Below are positions 57,167 to 64,000 of a DNA stretch of 64,000 nucleotides, piece by piece. The stretch's first letter is position 1; each line of letters starts with the position of its first letter. The DNA is from Octopus vulgaris. Its lineage: Eukaryota. Below the pieces are notes generated by a model. That model did no database searches and was not told where the DNA came from. It saw nothing but the letters and a program-made list of their open reading frames with translations. A program made the position numbers and the translations under genes. The stretch lies in NCBI GenBank assembly GCA_951406725.2, contig OX597821.1, positions 558,001-622,000 on the forward strand, written 5' to 3'.

Positions 57167-57268
57167 AATTCCTCTATTTACATAATATTGCGGTCACTTT
57201 CTTTCTTTTGTTATCTGACCGTTTTTACCAATATAATATATATATACATATAAATATATATATATATC

Positions 57269-57301
<33 letters not shown>

Positions 57302-58282
57302 GTATATATATGTACATATGTATGTATATATTTGTGTTTTTCCCACCACCATCGCTTGACAACCGATGCTGGTGTGTTCAACAAAAGAGTGGTTCAGCAA
57401 AAGAGACCAATAGAATAAGTACCAGGCTTACAAAGAATAAGTCCTGGGGTCAGTTTGTTCAACTAAAGGCGGTGCTCCAGCATGGCTGCAGTCAAATGAC
57501 TGAAACGAATAGGAGTAAGCATTTTACCCAGTGTGCTAATAATAATAATAATAATAATAATGTTTTCTACTATAGGCAACAGGGCCTGAAAATTTTTGTT
57601 GGAGGGGGCTAGACCCCAGTGGTTGACTATTACCTATTTCATTGACACTGAAAAATGAAAGGCAAAGATAATGTTGGCGGTGACTGAACTGAGAACGTAA
57701 AGATACTACCAAGCATTTTGGCCAGTATGCTAATGATTCTGGCGAATAACAACAATAATTACAGAAAAACATAGAAAGAACCCCTGAAAAACATCAACAA
57801 GATCTGTTATCAAAATAGCTGCAGACACAAGATCTGTAATGATTATGATGTACATTGAAAACGAATGTGAAGAGAAAGAATCAGAAATTATAAAGGAAAA
57901 AGCCATAGATAACATATAGCAACCAAGAAATCACATGATGTAATTAATAATTTCATTAGCCAAGTTCATTAGTCATTGGAGTGAGCTGGAAGTGTCTCAC
58001 CTAACATCTGTTTAGTGGATGTGAACACAATAAACATGGTGTTACCATTGGGACCAAGAATATATTCCTTTATTCTTTTACTTGTTTCAGTTATTGTACT
58101 GTGGTCATGCTGGAGCAATGCTTTACAGTATTTTGTCAATCAAATCAATCACAGAACGTGTTTATTAAAGCTTGGTAATCATTCTGTTCTGTCTATATCT
58201 TTTCTGTAAAAATGCTTAGTTATACTGATGTAAGCGAACCAATACTGGTTGTCAAGCAGTGGAGACAAACGCACACATGCAC

Positions 58283-58322
<40 letters not shown>

Positions 58323-58636
58323 GTTATGTACAATTGAAATTTATATAATATATAAGATGAAAAATAAGTTGTAGCATTGCCTGTGGGATTTAGACACTGC
58401 ATCTACTGTAAAACATTTGACTCTGTTAATCACAACACCAAAGTGACATCCCAGTTTTGACCAACTAATTAAGAGACTTAATTCTAAGTAGCTAAGATTA
58501 CACACACAATGTATCTGATTCTTGCTACTGTGTCTACTTGTCAGTCTCCCCTGGGCAGTACTGCTTAAAACTTACTTCTCTCATTTTTCTTTGAAGAAGA
58601 CTTTGAGTGAAAACTGACTATAGGTGCAGGAGTGGC

Positions 58637-58691
<55 letters not shown>

Positions 58692-59884
58692 ATATATTTG
58701 TGTGTCTGTGTTTGTCCCCCCAACATCGCTTGACAACCGATGTTGGGTTGTTTACATCCCCATAACTTAGCAGTTCGGCAAAAGACTGGTAGAATAAGTA
58801 CTAGGCTTCCAAAGAATAAGTCCTAGGGTCAATTTGCTTGACTAAAGGTGGTGCTCCAGCATGGTCACAGTCAAATGACTGAAACAAGTAAAAGAGAATA
58901 AAAGAGAATGTAAGGCAAAAAGATTTAATACATATATAACAGCAGTTTATTGGCTTTTAATTATTCTAGAAAGATAACATCATCTGTTTTAACTTTATTG
59001 TGCATGTTCATCCAATGTTTTTGTTTATATGTGTGTGTGTGTGTGTGTGTTGTAGGCACATAACTTAGTGGTTAAGATGTTGCGCTCACAAATGTAAGAT
59101 TGTGATTTCTATTCTCGTACTGGGCAATGCATAGTGTTGTTCTGTTTTTGAGAACACTTCATTTCTCGTTCCAATCTACTTAACTGGCAAAACTAAGTAA
59201 CTCTGTAATGGACTGGCATCCACTCCAAGAGGGGAAATGTTCTCATCACAGAATCCAAGGAACTAGCCTTATAGTTCTATGACTCAGTAGAGACCTTTGA
59301 TTCCTTTTTTGATATCTTACATGTACACACAGACACACACACTCACATACACATATGGTAGGTTTCACTACATGTCTCAAAGGAACCCATGCACAAAAAA
59401 AATTATATACCATATATTTCTCATATTTTTTTCATTGTAGTTCACATGGTAAATATCATATATACATATTAACTGGCTTTCGTGCCAGTGGTATGTAGGA
59501 GGCACCATTCGAGTGAGATCGTTACCAGCATCGCCTTACTGGAACCTGTGCACCTGAGGTCGTTGCCAGTACCGCCTGACTGGCCCATGTATAAAAATTT
59601 GAGCGAGGTTGTTGCCAGTACCGCCTGACTGGCCCCCGTGCCAGTGGCACATAAAAACACCCACTACACTCTCGGAGTGGTTGGCATTAGGAAGGGCATC
59701 CAGCTGTAGAAACTCTGCCAAATCAGATTGGAGTCTGGTGCAGCCATCTGGTTCGCCAGCCTACAGTCAAACTGTCCAACCCATGCTAGCACAGAAAGCG
59801 GATGTTAAATGACAACGATGATGATATATATATAAGTAAAAAAAAGTCAAGATAGAAAATGCTAAAATAATTTTATAAAAAACA

Positions 59885-59927
59885 TTTCAGTACCGGTTTC
59901 AGTCATTGAGACTTTTTCAACTGTAAA
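59885..59927 (-). ncRNA. Minimal type I hammerhead ribozyme motif, U3-A8 variant
   Basis: CAG UUGAAAA AGUC-UCAAU-GACU GAAA CCGG UA CUG. Confidence 0.6.
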
Positions 59928-61827
59928 TATGGAAAACAAATTTTGGAAAAATTAAAACAAAATTTTTTTAAAAAGAATATTTGCTTAGTGTTTGTTCAAA
60001 TACAAGTGGCATTTCCTTGTTTCAGCCTGTCTCTGTCTCTCTTGTTTACTCTTGTGGGTTCGAGGTCCTTGTGTAACACTGTAATGGACTGGCATATCTA
60101 TCTATATATATATGTGGTTATATTTTTTTGATAACATAACAGGTTAGATAGGATGATATCTAGATTACAATAACCAATAATATGTTGTGCACTCTTTCTT
60201 GCAGAACCCCTAGGAAACTTTTGCAGAAACACTAGGGTTCTGGGGAACCCCGGTTGAGAAACACTGATCTAGAGCTTCAATTGAAGACACTTGCCCAAAA
60301 CACTGCATGCTGGAACTGAACTCAAGACTCTGTGATTGCAAACTGAACTTGTTAATCACAGGGCCTAACCTGTGCCTATCCATTCATTTACTTATGCACA
60401 TTTACGTACATACACCCTCACATGCGAAAGTGCATGGCTCAGGGGTTAGAGAGTCAGGTTCACAATCATGAGGTAGTGAGTTCGATTCCTGGACTGGGCT
60501 GTGTGTTGTGTTCTTGAGCAAGACACTTTATTTCACGTTGCTCCAGTTCACTCAGCTGTAGAAATGAGTTGCGACATCACTGGTGCCAAGCTGTATCGGC
60601 CCCTTTGCCTTTTCTTTAGACAATATCAGTGGCATGAGGAGGGGAGACTGGTATGCATGGGTGACTGCTGGTCTTCCATAAACAATTTTGCTTGAACATA
60701 AGCCTAGGAAGGGAACTTTCTAGGTGCAACCCCTTGGTCATTCTTTTTAACCCATTTAGACATATACATACAAGGTCACTAAATTTATGGATGAACTTAT
60801 TCAGGTGGTGGAACTTCACCTGTTACAAATATTGCACTGCATCTCTGTCTAAAACTGTTATGACTCAAAGTGTCCAGACCACCAAAGTTTAGATAGATAC
60901 TAAAGGGTTTTGTATTAACTCACCACGTGTAAGAGCCCTACAATAGAGTAATGGGATTTAGTGGGAGTCCATATTCTTTGTAGTGGAAGGATTAAACACT
61001 GAGTTAATGAGAACTTTGAAACACACACCATAAAATGTTAGATGATGTCTACATGAAGAAGAATCTTTAGATTTGTGTGTGTGTGTGTGTGTGTGTGTTT
61101 CTGAATGTGTGCATGTGTGTGCAAGTGTGAGTGTGTCTGTGTGTGCATACGAGTTCAAGTGTGAGTGTGGGTGTGTATGAATGTAAGCGTGTGTGCATGC
61201 AAGTGTGCTTCTGTGAGTTTGAGTGTATGAGAATGTATATATGTGTGTTTATGTGTGAATGTGTGTATATGTGTGAGTGTGTGTTTCTGAGTGAGTGTAA
61301 CTTCTTGTCTCAGTTATAGACAGTTGTAATACCTACAGCAGTAGTAGCAGTGGCAGCAGGAGCAGCAGCCACACCATTTGTAGTTGTAATAATAGTAGTA
61401 GTAGTAGTGTTTGCTGTAGTTATAGCAATAGTAGTAGTAGTAGTCATAGTATTATTAGAGGTTGTGGTGGTTGTGGTAATGGTGTTGTTGTTTGAAAGAC
61501 AAATCTAATTAGACAACCTCATGTAATCAAGGCTCTTGTCATCTGAGATATAACATTACAACAACAACAACAATAATCATGGAGCGACATTGAATATTTT
61601 ACCGTTTTACCCTAACATTTTTACCTCCATCACTAGAGATTGTTTAGTGAGCCAGTGGGGGCGGGGTTTGGAGGGTAGGGTAAGGGTAGCAAGAATGGTC
61701 TGTTACATAGCTAATTAGTGGTTCCATACACTCAATGAATTAACACCTGATTAACAGAAGGTGTGTGTGTGAGTGTGTGAAAGTTGGAGTAACAATAGGG
61801 TGAAGCTCCAGTTTCCAGAAAAATATA

Positions 61828-62044
61828 CTCTCTTTTACTCTTTTACTTGTTTCAGCCAGTTGACTTTGGCCATGCTGGAGTACCACCTTTAGTTGAGCAA
61901 ATCGACCCCAGGTCTTATTCTTTGTAAGCCTAGTACTTATTCTATTCGTCTCTTTTGCCAAACTGCTAAGTTACGGGGACGTAAACACACCAGCATAGGT
62001 TGTCAAGCAATGTTGAGGGGACAAACACAGACACACAAACGTAT

Positions 62045-62079
<35 letters not shown>

Positions 62080-62535
62080 AGTTCAGCAAAATTTAGATTC
62101 AAATGAATATGGTACTCCACTACCTTAAATGTTCTTAAAATTTAAATCCACATCTTTGTCTATATATCTACCTTCTATATAAGGTTATCACTTGATATGA
62201 AAATTATGTATTAATGGAAAACCTCTATTAATGGCTGATGAGTGCTCAGCATTTTAAAACTGTTGTAATACTTACAACATTTAATAAAATGATGTAGTGC
62301 GAAACAATCGTACCAAATTACCGAAGTTATTCTTGTTGCTTATTTTGATTATATATATATATATATATATACACATATATACGACGGGCTTCTTTCAGTT
62401 TCTTTCTACCAAATCCACTCACAAGGCTTTGGTTGGCCTGAGGCTATAGTAGAAGACACTTGCCCAATGTGCCATGCTGTGGGACGGAACCCGGAACCAT
62501 GTGGTTTGTAAGCAAGCTACTTACCACACAGCCAT
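61828..62535 (-). mobile_element. Family A SINE split at its central (TA)n by a 270-bp hammerhead-bearing cassette (62080-62349)
   Basis: 3' half at 61828-62078 and 5' half at 62381-62535 are contiguous in the consensus. Confidence 0.8.
62228..62320 (+). ncRNA. Type I hammerhead ribozyme motif with canonical core and long stem II
   Basis: UGG CUGAUGA [GUGCU...UGUUGUAA-UAC-UUACAACA...AGUGC] GAAA CAAUCG UA CCA. Confidence 0.65.
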
Positions 62536-62814
62536 TCCTATGCCTATGTGTGTGTATTTCTGTTTGTAGATATATATCTTATGTGTGTGTATATTATATC
62601 TATATAATCATTGTTTTTTTTATGTATATTTTTGTTCATTTGTCTATGCTGGCATGGATTGTGTGAGACTTCTTGATGCTGTGCTTTACAGATGGATCCC
62701 TTCTTAATGCCAACTCTTTGTCTTTTATGACATGCAGAGATATGGCATAGTATCAATTCTAAAAGCCATGATACACACTGGATATATATGTGTATATATA
62801 TATATATTTTAATG

Positions 62815-62997
62815 GTGGAACTCTAAAGTAGATGAAGCTATAAGTAACAGCATGTAGAAAACTAAGTTAAAAAGAGCCCTTGGATGGGTAAAGAAAGCCA
62901 AAGGCTGTTTATGGGACTTCTGACATTTTCATATCAAAGGGTTTTTTTAACCCAATATTCTATATATTCATAGCTTTATCTACTTCAAGTTCCACTA
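62815..62997. repeat. Decayed inverted repeat / MITE-like element
   Basis: GGTGGAACTCTAAAGTAGATGAAGCTA versus reverse complement of TAGCTTTATCTACTTCAAGTTCCACT. Confidence 0.5.
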
Positions 62998-63049
62998 GTA
63001 CAAAAAAAATTACTTTATATCTCTCAAAACATTTTAATCCTTATAATGT

Positions 63050-63085
<36 letters not shown>

Positions 63086-63333
63086 TCATACATACACATT
63101 TAGTGATAGAAATAAATCCTTGAAAGCTATAACAAGAATATTTCTTCGTGCAAAGCTTGTTTGCAAAGAGCACAGTAAAATAGAAAAAGTTATAACTTCA
63201 GAGCAATACATATACACGTGTGTGTATGTTAAAGTGTGTGTGTATGTGAGAGGGAGAGAGAGAAAGAAAGAAAGAGAGAGAGAGAGACACACACACACAG
63301 AATGTGTACATATATATATGCACGTACAAGTGC

Positions 63334-63386
<53 letters not shown>

Positions 63387-63478
63387 ATATATATTCACAT
63401 TCAAAATGTGACCTCGTGTGTACCGTTGGCGATTTTTTTTCCTCTGTCTTCCCTTCTCTGGATCTTTTCTTCTCCTAT

Positions 63479-63513
63479 GTTTCCGACGAAGAGCTCCGCT
63501 CGAAACGTTAAAC
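63479..63513 (+). ncRNA. Minimal type I hammerhead motif (U4C variant) in (TA)n-flanked cassette ~63380-63620
   Basis: GUUU CCGACGA A GAGC-UCC-GCUC GAAA CG UU AAAC. Confidence 0.55.
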
Positions 63514-64000
63514 CCTCCTTCTTTCCTTCTTTCCTGAGCATCCAATAATACTATATTTGTTCCATGTCCTCGCGTTGTTGTGTTTTCTCTTTGTGTTTTC
63601 ATGTTTGGATTAACTTTATATATATGTATGTATACATATAATTGGTAGAGAGGAGGAAATAACTATTTCTCTAAAAGTGTAGCAGTAGAGATTGTTGTAC
63701 TGGATGTCATAGACTTGAGAGTAACTTCTACTTTAGGCACAAGGCCAGCAAATTGAGAAACAAGTTAGTCAACACCATTGACTTCCCTTTCAAGTACTTG
63801 ACGGGTATTTTATTTTATATCTTATTATTATCCTTTTTTACTTTCCTTAAAGTTTAAAATTTCCCAAGAGATTAAACTAATCATAAAGCTGTCTTTGAAA
63901 AGATTTAGCAGTACTAAAATCTAATGGACCCACCAAAGAAGTTTTAAGAAATTTCACCTTGTTTAGATCAAATTACCCTACAATCCCCTATTAGATAACT

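Noticed and set aside
60746-60910. Possible second piggyBac MITE (TTAACCC...AAAGGGTTTT)
   Set aside because: The right TSD is not TTAA and the TIR match is too short to support.

Overview
AT-rich, microsatellite-saturated metazoan genomic DNA. The SINE repertoire and repeat landscape strongly suggest an octopod cephalopod (Octopus); this is inferred, not searched. The only host coding sequence I can support is a 49-nt exon on the - strand (42571-42619, MNRPIQVKPADSESRA-G) of a CELF3-6/Bruno-like RNA-binding protein gene, so the window is probably almost entirely giant introns of that gene. Nearly all six-frame ORFs are microsatellite artefacts. The rest is transposon debris: at least four SINE-like families, RTE-clade LINE fragments, mariner and maT (DD37D) relics, piggyBac-, hAT- and Tc1-type MITEs, non-autonomous Helitrons, a HINE-like element and a probable solo LTR. 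The most interesting signal is a dispersed set of about 7-8 sequence-diverse minimal type I hammerhead-ribozyme motifs with covarying stems and palindromic stem III. Most sit in 150-300 bp cassettes embedded in (TA)n tracts, and several are folded back into long inverted repeats. They look like a Penelope-like/retrozyme-type non-autonomous system, and some copies lie in the sense orientation of the CELF pre-mRNA. All calls were made by eye; repeat boundaries are approximate.
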